From a virus (lineage: Duplodnaviria > Caudoviricetes), in IMG/VR virus record IMGVR_UViG_3300027819_000022, positions 1 to 44,147 of that record: a stretch of 44,147 bases of DNA; one strand, written 5' to 3'. The position numbers and the translations under genes are program-made. Shown piece after piece: positions 9,436 through 18,574 of this stretch. A model generated the notes under the pieces. That model ran no database searches and was not told the origin of the DNA. It saw only the letters and a program-made list of their open reading frames with translations. How positions within the stretch are numbered: the stretch's first letter is position 1; each line of letters starts with the position of its first letter.

Positions 9436-10354
9436 GCTCGGGCGCGGCTTCGACAGTCGCAATCACGGCGTCCAGCTTTTCTCGCGCTCTGTCATGCGCG
9501 ATTTTGAGCGCATCGTAATCTGGCACTCGCCAGTTCATCGAATACAATCCAATTGTATCCATCAGAGAAATGCTTCCGGTGCGAGCAAGCGCGCGAATCA
9601 TCACGGTCCAGTACTTGATTGTATTTCCCAAGACGCCGCCCACGGCCAAGCGTGCGCCATTCAATTCAGGCAGTTTCAGAATGGCCCGATACATGAGAAG
9701 TTCGTCTTTTTTCTCCGGTTCGATTCTCGGGATTATTGGTAACACGACAAGCTGAGAACGATTGTTCATCGCGGAATTGCCTGATCCCGGAAACGCGTAA
9801 CGCCGCACGCGGATCAACTGATGGGGCGTGATGCCAAGCCTCGCACATATTTCCTTGTTGGTGAGTGAGGATATGCCCTTCGTGTCAAGGCCGAGCGCAT
9901 CGCAAACGGCGGCATGCTCTGGAGAAAGCCCGACCGAACCCATCAGAGCGCGCAGCTTCCGGCAAAGCTCCGCTGGCGGTTGCCGGCGCGACACTTCCTT
10001 TTCATGTGATCGCCATGACGGCGGTCGGTATATCACCACGGTGGTGTCCAGATACGGCAACTCGTAGAGGGAAAACGGGCACTCGCAGTACAGATGCGCG
10101 TCATACAGTATTTCCTCAGTCGGTCGGCGGTAACGGTAATCGAGCAGGACCCCGCCCGACCTCATCCACTGGTCGATCTGTCTCTGAGTCGCCGGGTTAT
10201 CGTGTCTTGCGACGTAGGGTTCGAGTTTATTCAATAGGTCCGCCCGCAATCGTATCGGTTTTTCAATACGATAGTAGCAACGCACCAGCACGCAGCGGAA
10301 ATGAGCGGCCAAGATTCTGGCGGCCTCCTTCTTGTTTGATGTTTGGAAGATCAC
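9332..10354 (-). CDS. Hypothetical 340-aa protein with an HTH-like segment
   Basis: GTGA-coupled to the E1-beta gene; LTNKEICARLGITPHQLIRV HTH-like motif. Confidence 0.65.
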   Translation of the reverse strand: MIFQTSNKKEAARILAAHFRCVLVRCYYRIEKPIRLRADLLNKLEPYVARHDNPATQRQIDQWMRSGGVLLDYRYRRPTEEILYDAHLYCECPFSLYELPYLDTTVVIYRPPSWRSHEKEVSRRQPPAELCRKLRALMGSVGLSPEHAAVCDALGLDTKGISSLTNKEICARLGITPHQLIRVRRYAFPGSGNSAMNNRSQLVVLPIIPRIEPEKKDELLMYRAILKLPELNGARLAVGGVLGNTIKYWTVMIRALARTGSISLMDTIGLYSMNWRVPDYDALKIAHDRAREKLDAVIATVEAAPELTAAALRPFPPVRVPPSVSRARSEAVAHAHGTPD

Positions 10355-10884
10355 AGCGCGAGCCTCGCGGTGTGCTCGACCAGCATGGTGCTGCGCCCGT
10401 CGTCACGCGCAAGGGCGTGCTCGTAGGCTGGCACAATGTCGCCCGGACGGTCGAGCCGGATTACCTCGACGGTATGGCACATGGACTTGAACGCTGCGGT
10501 GAAGTCGCCCAAGTGCTGTGCCTGCGGATTGAGCGGCGTGTCAGCGGCAATGCCGACGCGGATGATGACCTTTGGCGTATAGCCGCCGTTGCTGATGATC
10601 GGCAGCTTGTCGAGATGGTTGACGATCTGGTTCGCCGCGAGCAGCAGGAAGTTCCATCTTGGATAGATCGTTATCGGCACGAAGCCTGCAACGGCAAGCC
10701 CGATGCTCATTCCAAGCTGGCTTTCTTCCATGACGGGCAACTCGATCAGCTTCTCGGGAGGCACGGCGGCGAGCGTGCCTGACATGCTGGTGCCGGGATA
10801 AGCCACCGCTTGCCCTAGAAACAGCGTTCGCGGATGCTGCCCAAGCAGCGTCATGGCGCGGCATAGTTCTTCCCTATAATTCAT
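10351..10884 (-). CDS. Minimal TPP-dependent E1-beta / transketolase pyrimidine-binding subunit
   Basis: FLGQAV, IELPVMEESQLGMSIGLA, NQIVNHLDK, PQAQH motifs; only 177 aa, so no C-terminal domain. Confidence 0.85.
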   Translation of the reverse strand: MNYREELCRAMTLLGQHPRTLFLGQAVAYPGTSMSGTLAAVPPEKLIELPVMEESQLGMSIGLAVAGFVPITIYPRWNFLLLAANQIVNHLDKLPIISNGGYTPKVIIRVGIAADTPLNPQAQHLGDFTAAFKSMCHTVEVIRLDRPGDIVPAYEHALARDDGRSTMLVEHTARLAL

Positions 10885-11309
10885 GTTGCCACCCGCGCGG
10901 TATAGCGTTCGCCGTTGGTTCTCCGAAATGGAGTCTTGTGGTGCCCGGCTTCCACGGCCTGCCTGACGTTCTGCCGCTGCACCCCGCCGAGCAGGTGCTG
11001 CGGCTCAACGCAGATCGGTCTGTGGCATAGGTGCATGACGACGTTTTTACTGCCGACACGCAAGAATTGCTTCCACGCCTTTTGCGATTCCCGGTGCGCC
11101 TGAGTTGACTTCACTTTTCCGCGCCGTGGCCCACGCTTGAATCGGACTGCGATGCGCCCGTAGCATTTGAAGCGCGGAGCGCCCGGATACGGCGGCGGGA
11201 ATACACTTCCGGTCCAGTCCCGGCACGGCACGCCAAGGTGGATTTCCTTCATGTTGATGCGCGAGTTTTTCAGGATGCGCTCTTTCATGGATGCGTATTT
11301 GAATGGCAT
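10881..11309 (-). CDS. HNH / His-Me finger homing endonuclease
   Basis: CRDWTG, YGRI, AHR, VMHLCHRPICVEPQHL motifs; inserted between E1-alpha and E1-beta. Confidence 0.8.
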   Translation of the reverse strand: MPFKYASMKERILKNSRINMKEIHLGVPCRDWTGSVFPPPYPGAPRFKCYGRIAVRFKRGPRRGKVKSTQAHRESQKAWKQFLRVGSKNVVMHLCHRPICVEPQHLLGGVQRQNVRQAVEAGHHKTPFRRTNGERYTARVAT

Positions 11310-11311
11310 GA

Positions 11312-11908
11312 TTAAAACTCTATTCTCTTTCCGGCCCCACTGTGTGGCCATTTAGACTTGTAATCATAGCTTGAAAATTCAAGCGCACCATCTAGCGTCG
11401 TCGGAAGAACGTCACCCCAAGTAACTTTCGTAGGAGTGCAAACGGAGATTTCATTATTCTCCCGGATGAACCGCATATTTAACGTGTGTCCAGAAGCGTA
11501 CTGCACACACTCTTGCGCGATGCCAGTGCGCCAAGTCATATCCCCTAAGAACACATGCACTTTCGCCGGATCACCCGCGCGCTTCATGCCCATCGCAATG
11601 CCTACCGCGATTGGAATGATGCCGCCGACGATGGCTGACGAGATGATGCGGAACTTGGGGAAGCAAAGACTGATCGAGCGGCCCATCATGATCTCGTACT
11701 TGAGCCTGTCCGGTGGCACGCCTTTGAGCAGACAATGCAGGTGACTACGCCACGAACAGCAAATCCAATCGCGCGGCGCGACGGTCTTGAATACCTCGAT
11801 CAGTTGATCTTCGTTCCCCTGAGATAAATGAATAGGCGCGCGGATGTGTCCAGCGTCATACTCACGCGCAATATCTTCCTCGAACGCTATCAGGTCGGCT
11901 TTGTTCAT
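11312..11908 (-). CDS. Minimal TPP-dependent E1-alpha subunit
   Basis: PIHLSQGNE, CSWRSH, SSAIVGG, GD...ENN TPP-binding motif; ATGA-coupled to the upstream dehydratase. Confidence 0.85.
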   Translation of the reverse strand: MNKADLIAFEEDIAREYDAGHIRAPIHLSQGNEDQLIEVFKTVAPRDWICCSWRSHLHCLLKGVPPDRLKYEIMMGRSISLCFPKFRIISSAIVGGIIPIAVGIAMGMKRAGDPAKVHVFLGDMTWRTGIAQECVQYASGHTLNMRFIRENNEISVCTPTKVTWGDVLPTTLDGALEFSSYDYKSKWPHSGAGKRIEF

Positions 11909-13137
11909 ACCGGGCTCTGAGTCGAGCATGAATCGTCCATCAGGCGAACGCCGCCGTTGCGATTCAGTTTGTCGCACACTTCCGCGATCATCTGTTGGTC
12001 GAGCGTTGGGTAATTCCCAACGTATAAGCCATAGTTGTGCACATGCTCGGCCTGCTGGAAAGCCGCGTAGTGATAGCGAGAATCGCCCCCAAAGATGCGC
12101 CGCAGGTATGGCTGGCGCAACTGGTTCCCGCCGCCCGCAGTGCCGCGGCGGTATTCGACCCCGCACTGATCGAGCGTCAACAGCACGCGCCGCATCAGGT
12201 GGGCATCTGGCTCTTGCAGCACCAGCGGCAGCGCGAAGTTGGAGCTTCCCTCTACCGCGTAGTCGGTGCGGTATTTCTGCGGGTCGAGCAGCGACAGGAA
12301 TAGCAGCAAGTTCTCCGTGCGCTTGGCGACATTGGCATCCAGCCGCTTCAACTGCGAGCGCCCGATGACGGCGTTTATCTCGGTCGAGCGCATGTTGAAT
12401 CCGCAATGCTCGAACGTGAAATCAGGCCACGTCAGCGGGTTTTCGTAAGCCTTGCGCGTCTCGGCTCCGGCAATCTCGCGCGTCATACCGTGCGAGCGCA
12501 GCACGCGGCAGGTTTCGTAGAAGCCCTCATCACTCGTACAGATCATGCCGCCCTCTATGGTCGTCATGTGGTGGCCGTAGTAGAAGCTGAAGTTGCTGGC
12601 ATACCCTTCTGACCCGAGCTTGAGATTATCGCAGACCGTTGCCCCAATAGATTCGCAGCAGTCCTCGACCAAACGCACGCCGCCAGGGAAAGGCTGCGTC
12701 AGCGCGTTGAAGCCAAGGCAATGCGTCATAAATACAGCCAGCGTCCCGGCGCACACCTTGTCGAGCGCCTGTTTCAAGTCCATCCCGAGCGTGCGCGGAT
12801 CAATGTCCACGAATACAGGCGTCAGCCCCGCATGAATCACGCTCATGATGTCGGACGACCACGTGATGCAGGGCGCGATCACTTCGCCCGGCCCGTAAAG
12901 CTCACGCAGCGCGTGCATGGTAATCAGGTTGGCACTCGCCCCGCTGTTCACCATGACGGCATACTTGACGCCGAGCCAGTCAGCGAACTCGCGCTCGAAG
13001 GCGGCGACCTGTGGGCCATTGGTGAGTTGCGGGACCTTTCCGCTGTACTCGGGGTCCATAGGGCACGGGTAAACAAGGTCCACGACCTCCCGCAAATCGT
13101 CGCGGGATACATTCTCATTCATGAGCGGCCATCGCAT
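11905..13137 (-). CDS. DegT/DnrJ/EryC1/StrS-fold PLP enzyme of the His-for-Lys type (ColD/E1-like NDP-4-keto-6-deoxy-sugar 3-dehydratase)
   Basis: NSGASAN, EDCCESIG, and SFYYGHHMTTIEGG with His at the catalytic Lys position. Confidence 0.85.
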   Translation of the reverse strand: MRWPLMNENVSRDDLREVVDLVYPCPMDPEYSGKVPQLTNGPQVAAFEREFADWLGVKYAVMVNSGASANLITMHALRELYGPGEVIAPCITWSSDIMSVIHAGLTPVFVDIDPRTLGMDLKQALDKVCAGTLAVFMTHCLGFNALTQPFPGGVRLVEDCCESIGATVCDNLKLGSEGYASNFSFYYGHHMTTIEGGMICTSDEGFYETCRVLRSHGMTREIAGAETRKAYENPLTWPDFTFEHCGFNMRSTEINAVIGRSQLKRLDANVAKRTENLLLFLSLLDPQKYRTDYAVEGSSNFALPLVLQEPDAHLMRRVLLTLDQCGVEYRRGTAGGGNQLRQPYLRRIFGGDSRYHYAAFQQAEHVHNYGLYVGNYPTLDQQMIAEVCDKLNRNGGVRLMDDSCSTQSPV

Positions 13138-13138
13138 C

Positions 13139-14635
13139 TCATTGCTCCAGCAGTTTGCGCCGTAACGGCACGGCAACCATGCGCCCGATGTGTTCGACGA
13201 CCGCAGACCCGAACTTGCGCTCGATCATCCGCAGGTAATCCGGGTTGCGGTAATAAAGTTGAAAAGCGGTGTCCCGGAAATTTAGTACCTCCCCCCCTGT
13301 TAATGTGTCGGTCGGAAGTGGTGTGCAGTCGTACGAGTGCTGCGAATAGCCGCTCCACTTCTCCGGCAGCGCCAGACCCTTCTCGACCGCCATCGTGTAG
13401 AGCTTCGAGCCGGGATACGCCATTGCGGAGTAGAAGTTGGCGAACTCGCAGTTTGCCTCGACGGCCAGCGCGTAGGTTTCCTGCATGGATTCGATCGTAT
13501 CGTCAGGCAGCCCGAAGATGTAATTGCCGATCACGTTGATGCCCGCGGCTTGAATCCGGCGCACGGTGCCGATGATGTCCTCCGACTTCAACGCCTTGTC
13601 GGACCCGTCCCGCACATGCTTCGACCCTGACTCGATGCCGAGCGCGAGCCAGCGGAAACCGGCCGCACGGAGTTTGTCCAGATATTCGTCCTTCACGGTG
13701 TCCACGCGGGCATACGCCCAAATGTTGAGTGAGTCGCCGAGCTTGCGGTCGGCGATTTCCTTGCACACGCCGAGCACATGATCCCGGTTGAGAATAAACA
13801 TCTCGTCAACAAACTTGAGGTTTCGCACACCGTATCGGCCGATCAAAAGTTCAATCTCTTTCCCGATCGTGGCCGGTGACCACATGCGGTAACTCGACTT
13901 GCCGAACGGCGCGTTGATGCAGCAGAAGTTGCACCGATACGGGCATCCGAGCGATGTATGGATTGAGGCATACGGCGTGCGCTGGGGAAACTCGAAGGTG
14001 CGCTGGGTGCGCTCGAAGGAGTGCCAGTTGTGCGCGCGGTATTTGTCCATCGGCAGCAAGTCCCAAGCAGCGCCGGGCATTGTTTCGTCCAAGTCTTTTA
14101 TCAGATCGCCGCCCTTGTTCTGGAGAATGTGCCCGTTCTCCCGATACCACAGATTCGGAATCGGGTGCAGCGTCAGCCACTTTTCTTTGATGGCGGTTAT
14201 TACGCGCCTGATCGTCGGCGGTCCTTCGCCATCACACACGTAGTCAATTGCCTCATCCTCCATCGTGCGCCGCGGGAGTGCCGCCGGATGGGTGCCCGTC
14301 ATCATGATCTTGAAGTCCGGGCGCCGCTCCTTGATCGCGCGGCATGTCTCGCCTGCTGCGCACATCGTTTGGGTAGAACTTGACGGCTGGAAGCCATAAA
14401 CTACCATCACCACAAGCGTCGGCTCGAATACATCGCACACCGCATCTGCGACTTGCGACGGCGTGAATCCTTGCGCTGGCGCGTCGATAATGGCAACACT
14501 GATGTCATGCCGCCGCAGGTATGTCGCGAACAGCGCGGAGAGCGACGGCGGCTCTACTGCGCTCCACTCATTTCCCAATTCTTGATAGGTCTGCGATAGT
14601 GATCCGGGGCTGATTAACAAGACGTCAATTTGCAC
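13139..14635 (-). CDS. Cobalamin-dependent radical SAM enzyme
   Basis: N-terminal B12-binding domain (GTHPAALP, DGEG), CPYRCNFC motif, GIESG; GTG start with GGAGG RBS. Confidence 0.9.
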   Translation of the reverse strand: MQIDVLLISPGSLSQTYQELGNEWSAVEPPSLSALFATYLRRHDISVAIIDAPAQGFTPSQVADAVCDVFEPTLVVMVVYGFQPSSSTQTMCAAGETCRAIKERRPDFKIMMTGTHPAALPRRTMEDEAIDYVCDGEGPPTIRRVITAIKEKWLTLHPIPNLWYRENGHILQNKGGDLIKDLDETMPGAAWDLLPMDKYRAHNWHSFERTQRTFEFPQRTPYASIHTSLGCPYRCNFCCINAPFGKSSYRMWSPATIGKEIELLIGRYGVRNLKFVDEMFILNRDHVLGVCKEIADRKLGDSLNIWAYARVDTVKDEYLDKLRAAGFRWLALGIESGSKHVRDGSDKALKSEDIIGTVRRIQAAGINVIGNYIFGLPDDTIESMQETYALAVEANCEFANFYSAMAYPGSKLYTMAVEKGLALPEKWSGYSQHSYDCTPLPTDTLTGGEVLNFRDTAFQLYYRNPDYLRMIERKFGSAVVEHIGRMVAVPLRRKLLEQ

Positions 14636-15029
14636 GTGCGTCCCTCCCGCGTTGATTATTACATGCCCGGCAATGCCTGCGACCACCGCTGCGAGTAGTA
14701 TTCACATCATCGTAAGGATGCCCCTTTGGGCAATGAGTTTTTTTTGAATTAGCCCACCGTCCTTTAGCTACGGCGTCTAATGTGTTGTCGCTGTACGTCC
14801 CTAGGAATAGGTGGTCAGGGTTTACGCAGCACCGCACATCACAGCGATGCAACACATAAAGGCCGTCCGGTATATGGCCGCGATGCAACTCCCAACTAAG
14901 GCGGTGCGTATATTGCTGCTTGCCGTTTTCTGTCTTTTGTCCGTATCCTGAGACGAGCGCCCCCGTCCACAACCAACATCCACTGAACGGGATGCGCTCG
15001 ATCTTCGATTCGAGTTCTTCGCTTTTCAA
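14625..15029 (-). CDS. HNH homing endonuclease
   Basis: GCWLWTG, THR, VLHRCDVRCCVNPDHLFLGT and C-terminal KTHCPKGH motif; lower GC than neighbours. Confidence 0.9.
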   Translation of the reverse strand: MKSEELESKIERIPFSGCWLWTGALVSGYGQKTENGKQQYTHRLSWELHRGHIPDGLYVLHRCDVRCCVNPDHLFLGTYSDNTLDAVAKGRWANSKKTHCPKGHPYDDVNTTRSGGRRHCRACNNQRGRDARAN

Positions 15030-15931
15030 AGCCCTATCCTCCTAAGAATTTTCGACCAAAACACGCGCGGATGATGCTCGGCCAGCACGCGCGCCTGAAA
15101 CCGCTTGCCCATTTCCTCGCCCCACTCGGGGAGCTGCAATTCGTACACCTTGATGGCCTCGATCAGCTCGTCCATGCTGGAGTATTCGAGGTAGTCTACT
15201 CCGGGCGTGAACCACTGCGCGGTCGGGGAGCCCCTCACTTCCAGCAGCACGCCAGCGGCAAGCCCGGTCTCAATGACGCGCCCTTTAACCTGCATCGCCT
15301 GCTCGGTGCCGCTGTAGGGTATGTTCAAGCTCATCCGGCAGTTGCCAAGGAACGCGCACATGCCATTGTAGCTGTCGGTTTCCTCGTTTCGCATCCGCAC
15401 GCGCAGCAGATTGCGCAGCATCAACTCGGTAAGGATGGCCCGCCTTCGGCCGCCCTCGCTCCCGGCATTGCCAGCCCATCCACAGACATAATCGCGTTCC
15501 GCATGCGGCTTGACTGAGCCGTTGAAATGCTCGGGGTCAATCGGCGTCAGGAGCGTCATGCCAACTTCGGCGCCGGGCCAGTTCGCGTTGCCATCAATCG
15601 CCACCTGCACGGCAAAGGCCCCGGCCAAGTGATACTCGCGCAATAGCGGCCACCAAGGCGCATCAGCCGCGTCCGAACAAATGTGCACCATCGGCGCAAT
15701 CTTGCTGTTGATGCGGGCGAGCGTGGCGGTTGCTGGCTGTTTACCGAAACACCCCCCGATATAGACGACCAGATCGGGCGCATATTCTTTCGCTTTCGCG
15801 TACACGCTTTCGTCTGTTTCGTTGGGTGCGTCATAGCGCAGCATCTCGCAAGGCCCGAGATTTAGGCAGGCGAGGCTTTCAAGGTACTTCGTTGTCTCGT
15901 TGCTAGACGTGCTGAGAAACAGTGTTTTCAA
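15026..15931 (-). CDS. GT-B fold glycosyltransferase (CgeB / Glyco_trans_1_2-like C-terminus)
   Basis: MSLNI...KGRVIETGLAAGVLLE...FTPGVDYLEY...RVLAEH motifs; TTG start coupled to upstream stop (alternative start 15943). Confidence 0.75.
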   Translation of the reverse strand: MKTLFLSTSSNETTKYLESLACLNLGPCEMLRYDAPNETDESVYAKAKEYAPDLVVYIGGCFGKQPATATLARINSKIAPMVHICSDAADAPWWPLLREYHLAGAFAVQVAIDGNANWPGAEVGMTLLTPIDPEHFNGSVKPHAERDYVCGWAGNAGSEGGRRRAILTELMLRNLLRVRMRNEETDSYNGMCAFLGNCRMSLNIPYSGTEQAMQVKGRVIETGLAAGVLLEVRGSPTAQWFTPGVDYLEYSSMDELIEAIKVYELQLPEWGEEMGKRFQARVLAEHHPRVFWSKILRRIGL

Positions 15932-16068
15932 ATCATCCCCCAAATCGCCCTAGCCACCGCGAACACTCCCGCGATCAGCAGGCACACCACGATCCCGCCG
16001 AAGCAGATTGCGGCGGCTTGCGTGCTGTCGCTGGTATCCTTGTAGCAGCCATTGAGTTTGTCGGTCAT
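15928..16068 (-). CDS. Small membrane protein (46 aa)
   Basis: GGAG RBS, one TM helix, TTGA coupling to the GT gene. Confidence 0.5.
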   Translation of the reverse strand: MTDKLNGCYKDTSDSTQAAAICFGGIVVCLLIAGVFAVARAIWGMI

Positions 16069-16069
16069 G

Positions 16070-16165
16070 TTATCTCCATCCCGCAGTAACGCCGTAAGCA
16101 AGCGCCAAGGCGATCAGCGCAAGTATAAGCAACACAGATGTAATTACTTGCAGCCATGGCTTCAT
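16070..16165 (-). CDS. Small hydrophobic peptide (31 aa)
   Basis: MKPWLQVITSVLLILALIALALAYGVTAGWR fills the gap between neighbouring genes. Confidence 0.4.
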   Translation of the reverse strand: MKPWLQVITSVLLILALIALALAYGVTAGWR

Positions 16166-16166
16166 C

Positions 16167-16412
16167 TCATTCCCCCTTCGCAATTGCGGCGTTAAAGTTC
16201 CTAGATTGCGGTTCACCGTTATCATCTACGATAAACAAGGTTGGTGCTTTTGCCAAACGCTCCCATTGCGGGCCTAGATCGAACGCTGCCATAAACTTCA
16301 TGCGGTCACGATCTATGAATTCCTTTACCAGTCCGAGTTCTATCGCTGACATTATTTGCCTCGGCTGTGTGGTGATAATGGTCCCGATCATTGCTGCAAC
16401 GATTTCTTTCAT
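16167..16412 (-). CDS. Hypothetical protein
   Basis: ATGA-coupled, AAAGG RBS-like; ends AAIAKGE like its neighbour. Confidence 0.55.
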   Translation of the reverse strand: MKEIVAAMIGTIITTQPRQIMSAIELGLVKEFIDRDRMKFMAAFDLGPQWERLAKAPTLFIVDDNGEPQSRNFNAAIAKGE

Positions 16413-16798
16413 GCCTTTCCCCTCGCAATTGCGGCGTCGATTGCCTCGTCAAGCTCGACACCGTAATGCTTGTCCATTAGATCGACTTGCGGATTATCTC
16501 CTATACGCAGCCACCGATACCTCTCCGCATCCTTCCTCGCCGCCTCAAGCTCCACCGTCAGCCTCGCGCATCGCTTGGCGAGGGCGTCGTAGTCGGTCTT
16601 ATGGACAACCGCAAGTCTTGGTATGCAATTCGTATCCCACCACCATGCAGGTTCTTCCGGCATCTTCGCTTTGTAGGCGGCGAGTTCGCGTTCGAGTTGC
16701 CTGGCAAAGTCGGCATCAACAACCTCTATGCCCTGCAAAGCCTTCAAGTTGCCATAGCGTTCTTCAACTCGTGCATCCGTTTTCGGCGTGTCACTCAT
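16409..16798 (-). CDS. Hypothetical accessory protein (ead/Ea22-like modules)
   Basis: MSDTPKTD start, FARQLERELA and ARKDAERYRWLR...LDEAIDAA motifs common in phage accessory proteins. Confidence 0.7.
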   Translation of the reverse strand: MSDTPKTDARVEERYGNLKALQGIEVVDADFARQLERELAAYKAKMPEEPAWWWDTNCIPRLAVVHKTDYDALAKRCARLTVELEAARKDAERYRWLRIGDNPQVDLMDKHYGVELDEAIDAAIARGKA

Positions 16799-17514
16799 TT
16801 CATCCTCGCTTTCAGTTCCGCGTTCTCGCGCTCTGCTTCCAGCTTGTCACCAAGGCATTTTGTATATTCCTCAATCTGATCCTTCAGCGCCTGATCCAAG
16901 TTGGCAACACGTTGCTCAAGCTCGATGGCGCGCAGGGCCTGTTCAAAAAGCGGCGCGTTACTCTCCGCCCATTTATTCCAGACGAACATCCCCTCGATTT
17001 CCTGCTTGCTCAGCGGCAGCGTGCTCTTGCTCGGCTTCGTCACCACCTGCGTGTTCTCCATATTGAAATGCTGCGCTCCGGTTATGCTATACGGCGACGG
17101 GTCAGGCGCGGTGATACTTTCCGGGTGCGCCACAATCGCATCTCCAGGCAGTCCCTCGCCGCGAGCTTGGCGGGCTTGTGCTTCGCGTTGCTTGCTATCG
17201 GGGTCGGATAGGTGGTCGGTGGGTTCGGTCGGGTATGTGGCTCCTACTGGCCCCATCGGAACTGATGAGTAATCAGGTGCGGCGGCACGTCTTTCATTCT
17301 GGCGTCGGGAGTGACCAGTCCATTTTCCGCTGCGCCTCTGTGCCACCCGGCGCTCGGTTGGGCCGGCTGCGAGCGCATCAGCAGCTTCACGCATAGTGCC
17401 AGACATTCGCGTATTTTCATCCCCATGAATCGGGGGGAAGAAGTCATCGTAGCGGTCTGCCCAGTAACGCAAGCGGCCTATCAGATCAACCGGCACCATC
17501 ACTTTATCGTTCAT
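16795..17514 (-). CDS. Hypothetical mosaic protein
   Basis: ORF with MREAADAL and ERRxxxRR segments and a C-terminal coiled coil; start placed at MNDKV after the GGAG RBS. Confidence 0.55.
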   Translation of the reverse strand: MNDKVMVPVDLIGRLRYWADRYDDFFPPIHGDENTRMSGTMREAADALAAGPTERRVAQRRSGKWTGHSRRQNERRAAAPDYSSVPMGPVGATYPTEPTDHLSDPDSKQREAQARQARGEGLPGDAIVAHPESITAPDPSPYSITGAQHFNMENTQVVTKPSKSTLPLSKQEIEGMFVWNKWAESNAPLFEQALRAIELEQRVANLDQALKDQIEEYTKCLGDKLEAERENAELKARMK

Positions 17515-17515
17515 T

Positions 17516-17935
17516 TCAGGACTCCTGTTCGCCAAGGGCGCGGATTCTTTCCATGACAACCTCTGTTGGATTGTCATATTGATTAAGAAACTCATAGCAA
17601 ATATCCAGGCACCTCTCCCGCTCCTGCTGCCGGGCTGTGGCGAGCGCGGCTTCGGCCTTATCCCGCGCCGCTAACGCCCCGGCATGTTCTCCCTGTTCAA
17701 TACGTAAGCACTTTTCCCAGTGCGCCTCGGAATCTTCTGCCGACGTTTGAGCAAGTCTCGCTGCGTTCAATTCGCTGGAAAGACTCCCATTCTCCACCTT
17801 CAGCGCCACGGCGGCGGCGCGGAGTTTGTCGGTGTATTCAACCCACTCAGTGTTGATGCGACTTGATTCCTCGTAGCAAGGGGCGCTATCAGGCTCATCC
17901 GGCAACTCCAGTTCGGCAATGCGGTCGGTGGTCAT
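17516..17935 (-). CDS. Hypothetical coiled-coil protein
   Basis: ATGA coupling; QERERC motif common in phage accessory genes. Confidence 0.6.
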   Translation of the reverse strand: MTTDRIAELELPDEPDSAPCYEESSRINTEWVEYTDKLRAAAVALKVENGSLSSELNAARLAQTSAEDSEAHWEKCLRIEQGEHAGALAARDKAEAALATARQQERERCLDICYEFLNQYDNPTEVVMERIRALGEQES

Positions 17936-18126
17936 GGCAAACTCAAAGCGATGCGAATCTTTTCCAAGATTTCCCTATTAGTTATGTTCGACATGGCAAG
18001 TGCGTGATACAAAGCGCGCCTCCATCGATCGCTCGAAAACGGAGTGCAAAGCCGATCCAAGCTGCGCGCGATATTGTCAGTTTCTACCAGTTCGATCTTG
18101 CGAGTCTCATTACGGTTTTTGCTCAT
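17932..18126 (-). CDS. Hypothetical protein
   Basis: MSKNRNE start coupled (ATGA) to the upstream stop at 18123. Confidence 0.5.
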   Translation of the reverse strand: MSKNRNETRKIELVETDNIARSLDRLCTPFSSDRWRRALYHALAMSNITNREILEKIRIALSLP

Positions 18127-18320
18127 CTCCGTCCTTTCGGCTTCGTCGATTTGGCCTCGTAACGCCACACCCGAAAACGATCTGTCGGATTGCGACGCAG
18201 CCAGTCCCGACGCACGGCGTAGCATTCCTCTTTTGTGATGGCCGCTCCGATAGTCGGTTCAAATCTGTCGCGGGCGTCGTTCCACAATTCGACAATCCAG
18301 ATTCGGTTCATTTCCGTCAT
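18123..18320 (-). CDS. Hypothetical protein
   Basis: 65-aa ORF in a coupled chain. Confidence 0.55.
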   Translation of the reverse strand: MTEMNRIWIVELWNDARDRFEPTIGAAITKEECYAVRRDWLRRNPTDRFRVWRYEAKSTKPKGRR

Positions 18321-18574
18321 TTTGGCAACTCCAATGCGTAGAAGTCTATCTGGCCGTTGTCATCAGGCTTTGCGACAATCGCGTGCCCTAACTTGGCCGC
18401 GCATTCAAGCCGACCGCTGAACCAATCGCGATCCCTCTTGATGTAACCCAAGTGAGTCCCGCCGGGGTGATCCTGCGCCCAACGAAACCGCTGCCTGTTC
18501 TGCTGCCGCTCAAGTTCGGCAACTAGTTTTTCGAGTCGATGCGCTTCGCGTTGGCTGATATGTCGTCTGCTCAT
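18317..18574 (-). CDS. Hypothetical protein
   Basis: 85-aa ORF in a coupled chain. Confidence 0.55.
   Translation of the reverse strand: MSRRHISQREAHRLEKLVAELERQQNRQRFRWAQDHPGGTHLGYIKRDRDWFSGRLECAAKLGHAIVAKPDDNGQIDFYALELPK

Noticed and set aside
10351-11908. Pyruvate dehydrogenase auxiliary metabolic genes
   Set aside because: Both subunits are much shorter than PDH E1, no E2 or E3 is present, and they are coupled to sugar-modifying genes
11909-12406. N-terminal extension of E1-alpha in the ORF track (364 aa)
   Set aside because: It overlaps the dehydratase gene; the ATG at 11908 is coupled to the upstream stop and gives a typical start
11905-13137. Sugar aminotransferase (perosamine synthase-like)
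   Set aside because: His occupies the Schiff-base Lys position
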